Positions 19,403 through 27,743 of a stretch of DNA of 60,600 nucleotides are shown piece by piece. The DNA lies in IMG/VR virus record IMGVR_UViG_3300016657_000065, positions 1 through 60,600 of that record. One strand, given 5' to 3'. The notes beneath the pieces are model-generated. The model did no database searches and was not told the DNA's origin. It saw only the letters and a list, made by a program, of their open reading frames with translations. Within the stretch, counting starts at the first letter, position 1, and each line of letters begins with the position of its first letter. The stretch is from a virus (lineage: Duplodnaviria; Caudoviricetes). Position numbers and translations under genes: made by a program.

Positions 19403-19993
19403 TTAAATGATGTCCCAGCTGCCTTCGTCTTCTACCGTAGCGTTTTCCTGTGCAGTCGCGCTATCGGAAGGTTTAGGAATGGCTACTTCAGGACGACCGT
19501 AACGTTTGAAGATTGCATTCCAGCGTTCCAGATAATTGACGACGACTGTATTTTCATACCCACTTTTCAGCAGGTTTGCAAATGCCTGTTTCATGTAGGC
19601 TTCGCCATGCTCAGGGTGGCGAGCCGTATGCAGTTTTGCTGTAGCGATTTCGTCAAACATGCTCTTAGAGCGACGATCGCGCGTGTAGTCAATGGGGGCA
19701 GGCGCAGCCAACGCAGGAACATGGAACAGTTCCTTACCGCCTTGATCGACTACCACCACTTCACGATAGACGTTACCTGCCCAGCTCGCCCAGGCGCCCG
19801 GAGATGCCAAGCGATGTTGGTTTTCATCGCCCGCAAACATTGGCAGGAAGACGTTAACGAAAGTAGCCTCGTCCATACGGGCTACGCTTTCTGTTGCGAT
19901 TTTGTTCAGCTGTTTAAGGATATCACCACCTTCTTGGGCGATCATATCTGTTTCAGTGACAACTGGTTGTTGACTACCAAAACCTGTACTCAT
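19403..19993 (-). CDS. Conserved hypothetical protein
   Basis: 196-aa ORF translationally coupled (ATGA) to the upstream gene. Confidence 0.7.
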   Translation of the reverse strand: MSTGFGSQQPVVTETDMIAQEGGDILKQLNKIATESVARMDEATFVNVFLPMFAGDENQHRLASPGAWASWAGNVYREVVVVDQGGKELFHVPALAAPAPIDYTRDRRSKSMFDEIATAKLHTARHPEHGEAYMKQAFANLLKSGYENTVVVNYLERWNAIFKRYGRPEVAIPKPSDSATAQENATVEDEGSWDII

Positions 19994-20391
19994 GCTGTTC
20001 CCTTTTCACCGTAGTTGTTAATGTCAGTCAGAATCTTAAAGCGTGAATTCACCGACTGCAATACCATGCCGACCGAAATCTCTTGACCTTCGTCGACCAC
20101 CGAACAACGCACTCGCAGATTTACTGCAGAGGATAGTGGGTCGTCATTAGGATCCTGAAAGATCTCCAACTTAACCGAAGTAAAGTATGTCGACAGGTAG
20201 GCATACAGGTTATCACGCAGGGTCTGTACCAATGCCGTGATGTCGTGACCATCTTTCATGATCGCGGTCTGGATATTGGTACTGACTTCTGCTTCCAAAT
20301 AATGGGCAAACAGAAAATCAATCTTCTCTCGGGTATCGCGAACCCAGCCGCGTTCCGATAAGGTAGGTACAACTGGCATCTTTTTCTCCAA
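19990..20391 (-). CDS. Conserved hypothetical protein, possibly gp25/TssE-like
   Basis: 133 aa with an alpha-alpha-beta-beta-beta pattern; true start may be ATG 20379. Confidence 0.5.
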   Translation of the reverse strand: MEKKMPVVPTLSERGWVRDTREKIDFLFAHYLEAEVSTNIQTAIMKDGHDITALVQTLRDNLYAYLSTYFTSVKLEIFQDPNDDPLSSAVNLRVRCSVVDEGQEISVGMVLQSVNSRFKILTDINNYGEKGTA

Positions 20392-20414
20392 CTAAGTAAC
20401 GAACCACAAGATAC

Positions 20415-21032
20415 CTACTCACTGACGGGTTTGTCTACAACATTGAACCCGATTACTTCGCCATCTTTTACAATTTCATCCAGGTAGCTCACTTGAGCTT
20501 GGTGCTTGTCATACAGGTCTTGGTCAAAAGAGAACTCAACCGTCATTTCGACCGAAGGCTCTGATGTAAGCTCACGCCCCGTCTCTTCAGTATCTATCAG
20601 CTGAAGATCCCCTACGATACGGCTATGGCCAATTTTAACCCAACCAGTTTCTGTCCACTGATACACCGCATTGTCATCGGTATTGATGTACAGTTGATTT
20701 GGGTCACCCACAACAGGCCTTACCGAAAGAGAACCACAGGTAAGTCTAGTGGCCTTTTCAGCATTCCGTAATTCATCACGCTTCAATACGTAATGAATGG
20801 TATTTTCACGTTTAACTTGCAGACCACGTGATAGATTTTTAGGTAGCTTTGGTGATGCCACTACGAGACTATCGTACGGACCTTTAATGGACTCGACCCA
20901 TTTCTTAAGGAACTCACCCACTCGAGGCGGGCAATGTTCTATCCAAGTGAGTCTTAAGTTTGGATTAGCATAGCGTTTTTTATGGGAGCGGAACTTGAAA
21001 CCCTGCTTATTGAGTTTACTCGGCGTCTTCAT
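20415..21032 (-). CDS. Hypothetical protein, basic N-terminus and acidic C-terminus
   Basis: ORF track 20415..21080; start placed at MKTPSK. Confidence 0.6.
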   Translation of the reverse strand: MKTPSKLNKQGFKFRSHKKRYANPNLRLTWIEHCPPRVGEFLKKWVESIKGPYDSLVVASPKLPKNLSRGLQVKRENTIHYVLKRDELRNAEKATRLTCGSLSVRPVVGDPNQLYINTDDNAVYQWTETGWVKIGHSRIVGDLQLIDTEETGRELTSEPSVEMTVEFSFDQDLYDKHQAQVSYLDEIVKDGEVIGFNVVDKPVSE

Positions 21033-21112
21033 TTTTAAGCATTCTCGTTCATTTTGAATGAAAAAAAAAATACACACCACGGGTTAGGCGGTGTGTATTC
21101 TTCTTTCGGTAG

Positions 21113-21730
21113 TTAGATCAACTTATCACCGTGGATACTGGTTGGATCGTCTACACCCTTACGCAGGATGTGGCGGATATGATCCCAAGTATTTAGCACA
21201 TCCACGCGTTTATCCAGATCCAGTGGCGAATCGCCTTCAAGCAGCTCATCCATATACAGCGTATAGAACGGCTTGTCGTCGTCATCCGTCTGAATCATGC
21301 CATCCATCACACGACGATAGTCGTAATGCTGATCAGCAATAGCACCCGGTTGGATGTCAATATAACTACCTGCATAGCCAGCACATTCCTGCCGGTTATA
21401 CAGTTCCCTTACTTCAGGACACGCCATGATCCAACGTTGCATCACCGGCATAGCCGATTGCATTGCATCTAGCGTGACCAACGGCCGTACACAATCTTCC
21501 TTAAAGACCCAGCCAATACGACGAGACAGCTCACGCGCTTTGCGGACAGCATCTTCACCGTGGAAACGGTTAAATACTTCATGCGCAGCTTGGAAGCCAA
21601 TCTGACCGAAGTCGGTCAATACAGTTGCAGCCCGAGAGATCTCAGACTGAATGTAATTCACCGTACTGGCGGCGGCCTGCCCAAAGGCCATTAGGTCAAA
21701 GGTAGTCGGGTCGCCAACTACAACTTTCAC
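21113..21730 (-). CDS. Conserved phiKZ-family protein (gp59/Imp3-like by position)
   Basis: 205 aa, AGGAGG SD with GTG start; MQRWIMACPEVR and YDYRRVMDG motifs. Confidence 0.6.
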   Translation of the reverse strand: MKVVVGDPTTFDLMAFGQAAASTVNYIQSEISRAATVLTDFGQIGFQAAHEVFNRFHGEDAVRKARELSRRIGWVFKEDCVRPLVTLDAMQSAMPVMQRWIMACPEVRELYNRQECAGYAGSYIDIQPGAIADQHYDYRRVMDGMIQTDDDDKPFYTLYMDELLEGDSPLDLDKRVDVLNTWDHIRHILRKGVDDPTSIHGDKLI

Positions 21731-21755
21731 TGTAACCTCCTAACTCTAAATGGAT

Positions 21756-22379
21756 TTAATCGTACACAATTACAAAATCTGGTTCGTCACCGACGTAACG
21801 CCAATCCAGATATTTAGGATCATCGCTATTTATGCGGCGAGAGACAGTTTGATCATGTATCCCTAGAGTACGGCTGGCAGCTTTTATGCTTGGGAACTCA
21901 ACGCCCCCAACAGACACCTCCATACGTTTTGGATTACCGTACATGGCATTTCTCTTATGATCGTCTGAATGACGAACACCGAGCCTGGCCAGAGAAGCCC
22001 TTTTTATGACTTCTTCGGATCGTGTCAAACCTTTATTCGATACTTTAGCATCCAAAGCTACATTAAACAGCGTACCCACGGACATTTGCTGTTTAATGAT
22101 GCTTTGTTCTATTTGGAATGCTTCTTCTCGATTATCGGTGGTAACGACCTTGTAGGTGTAGTGTGGATCCGCATCATAGGCTTTTTGCAAAGCCTCATTT
22201 TTGTGAGTTCCCGATTTTAAGCGATGTCTATGTTGTATTTCACGACGATACAAATCGTTAGTGCTACCAACATACATTTTGCCACTACCATGCTCAATCA
22301 CGTAAGCACCAGGTGTCTTTGGGCCATTATGACTTGAACACGGTAGATTCTTTTCTTCAAAGATGAGTAATTGCGACAT
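21756..22379 (-). CDS. Free-standing GIY-YIG homing endonuclease with NUMOD3 and HTH DNA-binding modules
   Basis: GAYVIEHGSGKMYVGST..LYRR..QH; RHSDDHKR; C-terminal FPSIKAASRTLGI..QTVSRRI. Confidence 0.88.
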   Translation of the reverse strand: MSQLLIFEEKNLPCSSHNGPKTPGAYVIEHGSGKMYVGSTNDLYRREIQHRHRLKSGTHKNEALQKAYDADPHYTYKVVTTDNREEAFQIEQSIIKQQMSVGTLFNVALDAKVSNKGLTRSEEVIKRASLARLGVRHSDDHKRNAMYGNPKRMEVSVGGVEFPSIKAASRTLGIHDQTVSRRINSDDPKYLDWRYVGDEPDFVIVYD

Positions 22380-22407
22380 GGCAATTCACATTTATGACTA
22401 CTTTCAT
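22357..22407 (-). other. 16-codon upstream ORF (MKVVINVNCHVAITHL) overlapping the endonuclease start
   Basis: GAGGG SD, ATG at 22407, TGA at 22359-22357; out of frame with ATG 22379. Confidence 0.55.
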
Positions 22408-22433
22408 GTTTACCCTCGTTTAGTGTTAATACG

Positions 22434-23939
22434 TTACTGAAATTCTGCCATGAATGGTGCTACGGCAGGGTCGATCTCCGAAGGTTCGTCGGACATCCAG
22501 TTGTTGAAGGTAGACACGCATGGCTTCGAGAGCGACAGGTTCTTTGACAGTTCCCGTGGTGCTTCAAAGTCAAACGCACTCTTGTGCGGCAGTAGACCCA
22601 TAGCGGCATCAGCAGTGTACTCATCCAACAGCAACATGCCATTCAAGGCATCGCCATCGAAGTCAGCATTGTAGCCACGAACGATCAGGATGGACATGCT
22701 AATGGTCGGATCACTTACATCTGTCTTCACCCGTTTAATGAACAACAGCTGCATCGAAGCGCGTTCCAGTGATGGGTTACGCTGCAATGTAAACGGGAAG
22801 CCATCGTACTTAGTGCTATTAATGACCTCGTTCATGAGTTCATCCAACAGCGGATGGTATCGACGGGAGTGCTCATCGAGCAGACGGCGAGCAGTGATCG
22901 GCGTATAGCCGCGTTTAAACAGTTTGTTCACCAAGAACGGCCGGAAAGCAATCAGACCAACAGACCAGGGGATTTCGCAATCCAAGTAGTTATGCGGGCC
23001 AGTGATTGACGATACAACAGCACGGAAGGTAAAGTGGCAACGGAAACCATAGCGCTGCTTACGGAAGAGACCTTCCTTGGGTGCGAACAGTTCCTTGTAT
23101 TGCTTGATCTGGTATTCAGCCAGAAGTGCCAGCACTCTCGCAATACGCCCTTCCTTCACATGGGTAGCGTAGCCTTTACTCGGTGTGTCAATACCTACCA
23201 CAGTACGAATAGCATCCAAGGCACCAAGGATGGTGTAGTCCACGAATGGGCCCATGTTGCTTTCTTCTACCACGAACAATGTCTTGTTCGGAAGAGGTAG
23301 GTGGTTGCAGAAGATAATGTTGCGGTTTTCATTGATGAACGTAACGAGTTCCTGCACCTCATCACGTTTGTTCTTCTCTTTCATACCGACATGGGTTACC
23401 AGGATATCAAAGAGAGCATCAAAGTTGTTAACGAAGTTGTTATAACCACGTTCCAGGCCAGACTCCCGCATCACTTCTTCTACCTTCAATAGATAGTTCA
23501 GCGGTTTCTTGAATGGATCGTAGCGCGGATTGGTAAGCCATTGCAGGAAACTAAAGTCACTACGGGTAAAGACTTTGTCAAGCAAAGCCCATACTTCCAA
23601 GTTCATCAGCTTCGCTACGCCATGTGGTGCACGCAACCACACGGTAGGTTCGAGGTACTCGTCAATCTGCGACTTCACTTCTGTTTCACAGATTGGACAA
23701 ACAGCACCACGATTGGAAGGACCACTTGTTGCTTTACATTCGCAACTGGGGACGTTGGTTAGAAGATCCCCATTATAGGTGGTGTACAGCATCTGGTTGA
23801 GATAATCGATATCGCGCGCACTAACGATATCGAAATCATTGACAATGAACGGGGCTCGAGACAACCCGCGTACAAAACGGTCATCGTGATCTACCAGTTC
23901 AAGGAAAATACCTGTATTTTCTTCATGATGCGCGCCCAC
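22434..23939 (-). CDS. rpoC: Non-virion RNA polymerase beta' subunit, N-terminal catalytic part (phiKZ gp55-like), uninterrupted
   Basis: YNADFDGD catalytic motif; QRNPSL; N-terminal CxC..CxxC Zn site. Confidence 0.92.
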   Translation of the reverse strand: MGAHHEENTGIFLELVDHDDRFVRGLSRAPFIVNDFDIVSARDIDYLNQMLYTTYNGDLLTNVPSCECKATSGPSNRGAVCPICETEVKSQIDEYLEPTVWLRAPHGVAKLMNLEVWALLDKVFTRSDFSFLQWLTNPRYDPFKKPLNYLLKVEEVMRESGLERGYNNFVNNFDALFDILVTHVGMKEKNKRDEVQELVTFINENRNIIFCNHLPLPNKTLFVVEESNMGPFVDYTILGALDAIRTVVGIDTPSKGYATHVKEGRIARVLALLAEYQIKQYKELFAPKEGLFRKQRYGFRCHFTFRAVVSSITGPHNYLDCEIPWSVGLIAFRPFLVNKLFKRGYTPITARRLLDEHSRRYHPLLDELMNEVINSTKYDGFPFTLQRNPSLERASMQLLFIKRVKTDVSDPTISMSILIVRGYNADFDGDALNGMLLLDEYTADAAMGLLPHKSAFDFEAPRELSKNLSLSKPCVSTFNNWMSDEPSEIDPAVAPFMAEFQ

Positions 23940-23960
23940 TTTTCCCCTCCAGAGTAAAAC

Positions 23961-23993
23961 AAAAAAAAGAGAGACCCCGAAGGGCCTCTCTCC
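23961..23993 (-). terminator. Intrinsic terminator after chimallin
   Basis: GAGAGA..CCC-CGAA-GGG..TCTCTC hairpin with a U-run on the minus strand. Confidence 0.7.
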
Positions 23994-24014
23994 TTGTTAG
24001 TTAACTAGCCGATA

Positions 24015-25898
24015 TTACTGGCCAGCGAAACGGCTGAAACCGTTCATGTTGGTGAAACCACCCTGGGAGCCAACACCAGCCATCTGGCCATACTGCATGC
24101 CATGGGTCGGTGCAACCATACCGAAGTCGTAGAAGTTGGCTACAGCACGAGTCTGCAGGCCCACTTCAGCGTGCGGCAGGCGCAGCTGAGGCATCAGGCC
24201 GCAGTCGATGCAAGCCTGGGTCAGTGCTTCGATGAAGTTGTGCTCGAACATGTTACGCACAGCAAAGCCGGTGTAATGAACGTTCTTCACACGATCCAGG
24301 ATGCGCTTGCGGATTGCCAGGCGCAGATCTTGCGACTTGCCATTGATGTCCAGGAAGGAATCGGACCATTCACGAGCAACCATCGGATCGGTATCACCGA
24401 AGGTGTTCAGGATGGCCAGGTAGTCGAAGTCAGCCACGTCACGGCGATTGCCTTCAGCATCAGTGTAGTAACCCTGATGGATACGGTTGGCCAGGGAACG
24501 AATCACTTCACCAGAACCGTTGCGCTCGCTGTAACGTTTAGCGAAGTTACCGTTGGTCAGCTGGTTAGCTGCTTCCAGGATACGACGCTTAGCGGCTTGA
24601 TCGCCAGCGCCAGCCAGACCGAACTCGTACATCCACCAGGTGGAGGTATCGCATTCCGGAATGTCGATGGAGGTCGACATGTAAGGACGAACGTAAGTCT
24701 GCATCAGCAGATTGAAGTCTTCCTGACGGAACACGTCGGACGAGGTCGGGAAACGACTGCCGAAGCGGGTAGCGTTGCCTTCCAGGTTGGCATCGATACC
24801 GATGGCGCCAATGTCACGCAGGTTAGCCGCAGCATGCGACTGAGTACGCGGATTGAATGCCATGGTCCATGCGTTCTGGTTGCGCAGAACGAAGGTGTTG
24901 GCCAGAGCCAGCAGTACCATGCCCGGAGTCAGCAGCTTGCGGGAATGCAAGCTGGTAATCACCAGGTTCGGCACGTACAGGTAGTTGGCTTGCTGCACTT
25001 GACCGTAGGTCATTTGCTGCTGCACCTGCGGGTACCAGGCCAGGTCAACGTAGCCAGTAGCAGAGGTGATGACGTCTTCGGATGCGAAGCCGAAGGAGTC
25101 GTCCTGCTGCATGCCTTGCTGACGGTTCTGTGCCACCAGGTTCATCACGAAGTCGGAACGTACCGGACGACCGGCAGCGTTTTCGATGTGATGATCCGGC
25201 ATGGTCACGCTGGAGATCAGAACCTGGCTGGAGGTATCCACCTCAGCGATGTTGATGTCGTGGAAGCCCGGTTGATTGGTTTCAACAGCCATGGCGGAAG
25301 CCTGCATGGCGGTAGTAGCCAGTTCACGGACACGCACTTCATCGTCCAGTTTCAGATCAGCCGGTACCACGGAGGCGCGGCCGGAGAACAGACGGTTGGT
25401 GCTGAACAGACGGCTCAGGTGCTGATGTACAGTTTGCTGCATCACACGGTTGTAGGCGTCACCCACAACGCGCTGCACTTGGTAAGTCTGGCCTGCTTCT
25501 TGACGCTGGATCGGAGCGATCGGATCGATCGAACCTTCCATGATCAGGATGTGGTAGCCCACACCAGCAGCTTCTTGGCCCGGTACAGTACCGACCACGG
25601 CCAGCACAGAAACATTCAGCTGCGGGAAGTCAGCGACATCCATCTTCACAGTCTGGTAGGCGAAGCCAGTGTCGCCGTTCTTCAGTACCGGTTTGATGGC
25701 TTCATCGAATGCACCGAGGACGGCGCCAGCCGGGCCACGCGGTACACGCGGGGTGATGGACTGACCGATGGACGACCAGTTGCCGCGATCGCGCTTCGGT
25801 GCGCTGTAGCCGAAGTCGGCTTGTTGTTGCTGGCCAGATGCTTGGCCACGTTGTTGAGCTTGGGTGTTGCCGGTCGGCACTTCACGGTCGATAGACAT
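24015..25898 (-). CDS. chmA: Chimallin, the phage nuclear shell protein
   Basis: 627 aa, strongly biased codons, directly upstream of nvRNAP beta'-N; disordered Q/G-rich termini; RIHQGYY and DFDYLAILN motifs recalled from the family. Confidence 0.85.
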   Translation of the reverse strand: MSIDREVPTGNTQAQQRGQASGQQQQADFGYSAPKRDRGNWSSIGQSITPRVPRGPAGAVLGAFDEAIKPVLKNGDTGFAYQTVKMDVADFPQLNVSVLAVVGTVPGQEAAGVGYHILIMEGSIDPIAPIQRQEAGQTYQVQRVVGDAYNRVMQQTVHQHLSRLFSTNRLFSGRASVVPADLKLDDEVRVRELATTAMQASAMAVETNQPGFHDINIAEVDTSSQVLISSVTMPDHHIENAAGRPVRSDFVMNLVAQNRQQGMQQDDSFGFASEDVITSATGYVDLAWYPQVQQQMTYGQVQQANYLYVPNLVITSLHSRKLLTPGMVLLALANTFVLRNQNAWTMAFNPRTQSHAAANLRDIGAIGIDANLEGNATRFGSRFPTSSDVFRQEDFNLLMQTYVRPYMSTSIDIPECDTSTWWMYEFGLAGAGDQAAKRRILEAANQLTNGNFAKRYSERNGSGEVIRSLANRIHQGYYTDAEGNRRDVADFDYLAILNTFGDTDPMVAREWSDSFLDINGKSQDLRLAIRKRILDRVKNVHYTGFAVRNMFEHNFIEALTQACIDCGLMPQLRLPHAEVGLQTRAVANFYDFGMVAPTHGMQYGQMAGVGSQGGFTNMNGFSRFAGQ

Positions 25899-25979
25899 TT
25901 GCGTTATTCCCTTCAAAAGGTGTGGTTAATCGTCGACGATTGATTCAGTTACTGGATATACCAGGCTGTGATCATGTTA

Positions 25980-26003
25980 GTAATATGTGGCTGAAAAAAT
26001 TTA
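25980..26003 (-). promoter_or_regulatory. Early-type promoter motif, copy 3
   Basis: Minus strand TAAATTTTTTCAGCCACATATTAC upstream of chmA. Confidence 0.72.
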
Positions 26004-26126
26004 GAATGCTGGTTGAGGTATGGTTTTTACCTCATATCCGCTATATCTCCTTGGGGGTGACCCAGAGGATCGAGAGCGATTATGTACTCTTGCATACTAT
26101 AGGGATACAACGTGTAAAAAAATACC

Positions 26127-26555
26127 TTAACTCTTTTCCCTAGTTTGTTGCAGTACTTTAAAAGGTAAGATTCCGATGTGCGTCAGGTGACTAACGCTTC
26201 GTTCCTTCATGTTATTCCACGCAGGTAGTAAATCTTTACATCTTTCCGTCGACTTAGGTAAACCGATGGCTGTGGTAACATGGTGCTTGGTGAAATCAAT
26301 CAGCTGGCAGATAACGTTGACTTTGTCGTAGTTGCCTGCAGCGATGGCTGCTTCAACGGCATCAAGGATGATTGCTGTACAGCGTGTGTGTTTCGCTGTA
26401 GACCAAATGTTGGCTGTATTCAGTAACGACTTGACTTCATCGCACAGCTCACTATGGGAATAGGCGCTATCACATTCGGCTGATACCTTTACATCCATCA
26501 ATGCTGCGGGGATTGGAATATCCACCTGATCCAATAGAAACTTCGTATCCATCAT
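26127..26555 (-). CDS. Hypothetical protein
   Basis: 142-aa ORF with AAGGAG SD. Confidence 0.7.
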   Translation of the reverse strand: MMDTKFLLDQVDIPIPAALMDVKVSAECDSAYSHSELCDEVKSLLNTANIWSTAKHTRCTAIILDAVEAAIAAGNYDKVNVICQLIDFTKHHVTTAIGLPKSTERCKDLLPAWNNMKERSVSHLTHIGILPFKVLQQTREKS

Positions 26556-26598
26556 GTTTACTCCTTAAATGGTATAGTCAATAAATCGGATCACGTCC

Positions 26599-27696
26599 AT
26601 GTTTGATCTTTTCCAACGGCAAGTGGGTGCCAGCTTTGCCCAATACACGCCACCTAACTGGATGAACATTAAAAGCCAGTTAGGCAGTAACATTCAGCGC
26701 ATTAAGCGTTACTATGGCGAAAACCCTACTGCGGTTAAGGCTGATCACATTCTGGCTAGATTGATCACCTCAATTGCTATTCCTAAGAGTCTGGAATTAC
26801 CCCGCTACTACGATAACGTCCAGCGTGTCTCAATGGATGTCGCAATGGCGTTATTTTTCACCTCATCCATTTCGTTTGGACGAGTGAAGGGGAATGACTT
26901 CTATAACTGCCCTGAAATTATCTTAGCTGATTTCTCTGGGTTTGACTACGAGTACGTCGATACCCACTGGCGGGACGTGTCAGCAGTGAAGGTGGATTAC
27001 CATCCTTATACTGACATGAACATGATTCTACCTGAGCCTAGCCACTATCAGCAAGTAAATAACTTGGCAGTGATTCGAATCAATCCTGCAATGTTGATGG
27101 TGCAGTACCGAGCATTCCGTGCCGAAGAAGAAGCTATCTCTTCATTGACTGGTGAAGATCAACGTTCGCTATACCAGTTCATTCGCATGCATGTGCTGCC
27201 TAACATGCTTGATACTCATCTAGACCATGCTGTTCTAAATCGCATGACTAGGCTGATCAATGGCGTGGAGATGATCCCTATGCGGTATCGTCACTCATTC
27301 GCCTTGATTGAAATGCAGAGTAAAGTAGATGAGGCCTTGGCACAACAGATTCGTTATTACAGTTTAGCTAATCGTAGTTTCGAAGTCATGTTGCATTCAG
27401 TTCCATTGATTGCCCATTCACGTATGGTCGATCTACTAGAGAAGCCAGAGATTGCGCCAACTCAGCAAGTGATGTGGGCACTGGAATTGTCAAAGTTACC
27501 AGCGATTCGTATGTTGATGCTATTGTCCCCAGACATTGCAAAGACTGCAAATGCTTCGTTCATTAACAAAACTATTCGCTATCTGGTACAACTAAAAAAC
27601 AACCACATTCTTAGACGTATGTTGCCAGCCAACATCGTAAAAGAGGTTGAACTGGATGTTGACGATATCTTGAATCTGTTGGGTCGTAACTACTAA
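26599..27696 (+). CDS. Conserved phiKZ-family protein (gp52-like position), possibly virion-associated
   Basis: 365-aa ORF in opposite orientation between chmA and the DNA polymerase. Confidence 0.6.
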   Translation: MFDLFQRQVGASFAQYTPPNWMNIKSQLGSNIQRIKRYYGENPTAVKADHILARLITSIAIPKSLELPRYYDNVQRVSMDVAMALFFTSSISFGRVKGNDFYNCPEIILADFSGFDYEYVDTHWRDVSAVKVDYHPYTDMNMILPEPSHYQQVNNLAVIRINPAMLMVQYRAFRAEEEAISSLTGEDQRSLYQFIRMHVLPNMLDTHLDHAVLNRMTRLINGVEMIPMRYRHSFALIEMQSKVDEALAQQIRYYSLANRSFEVMLHSVPLIAHSRMVDLLEKPEIAPTQQVMWALELSKLPAIRMLMLLSPDIAKTANASFINKTIRYLVQLKNNHILRRMLPANIVKEVELDVDDILNLLGRNY

Positions 27697-27742
27697 CGTC
27701 ATAAAAGAGAGGAGAGAGGTCACCCTCTCTCCTCTTATGCCG
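27697..27742. terminator. Bidirectional hairpin flanked by CGTCATAA and TTATGCCG
   Basis: AGAGGAGAGAGG-TCAC-CCTCTCTCCTCT between convergent genes. Confidence 0.8.
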
Positions 27743-27743
27743 C

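Noticed and set aside
9149-23939. Introns in nvRNAP genes, as in phiKZ
   Set aside because: Both the beta-C and beta'-N ORFs are continuous with their motifs intact; the GIY-YIG gene lies outside them
24102-25943. 613-aa plus-strand ORF
   Set aside because: Antisense shadow of the codon-biased chimallin gene
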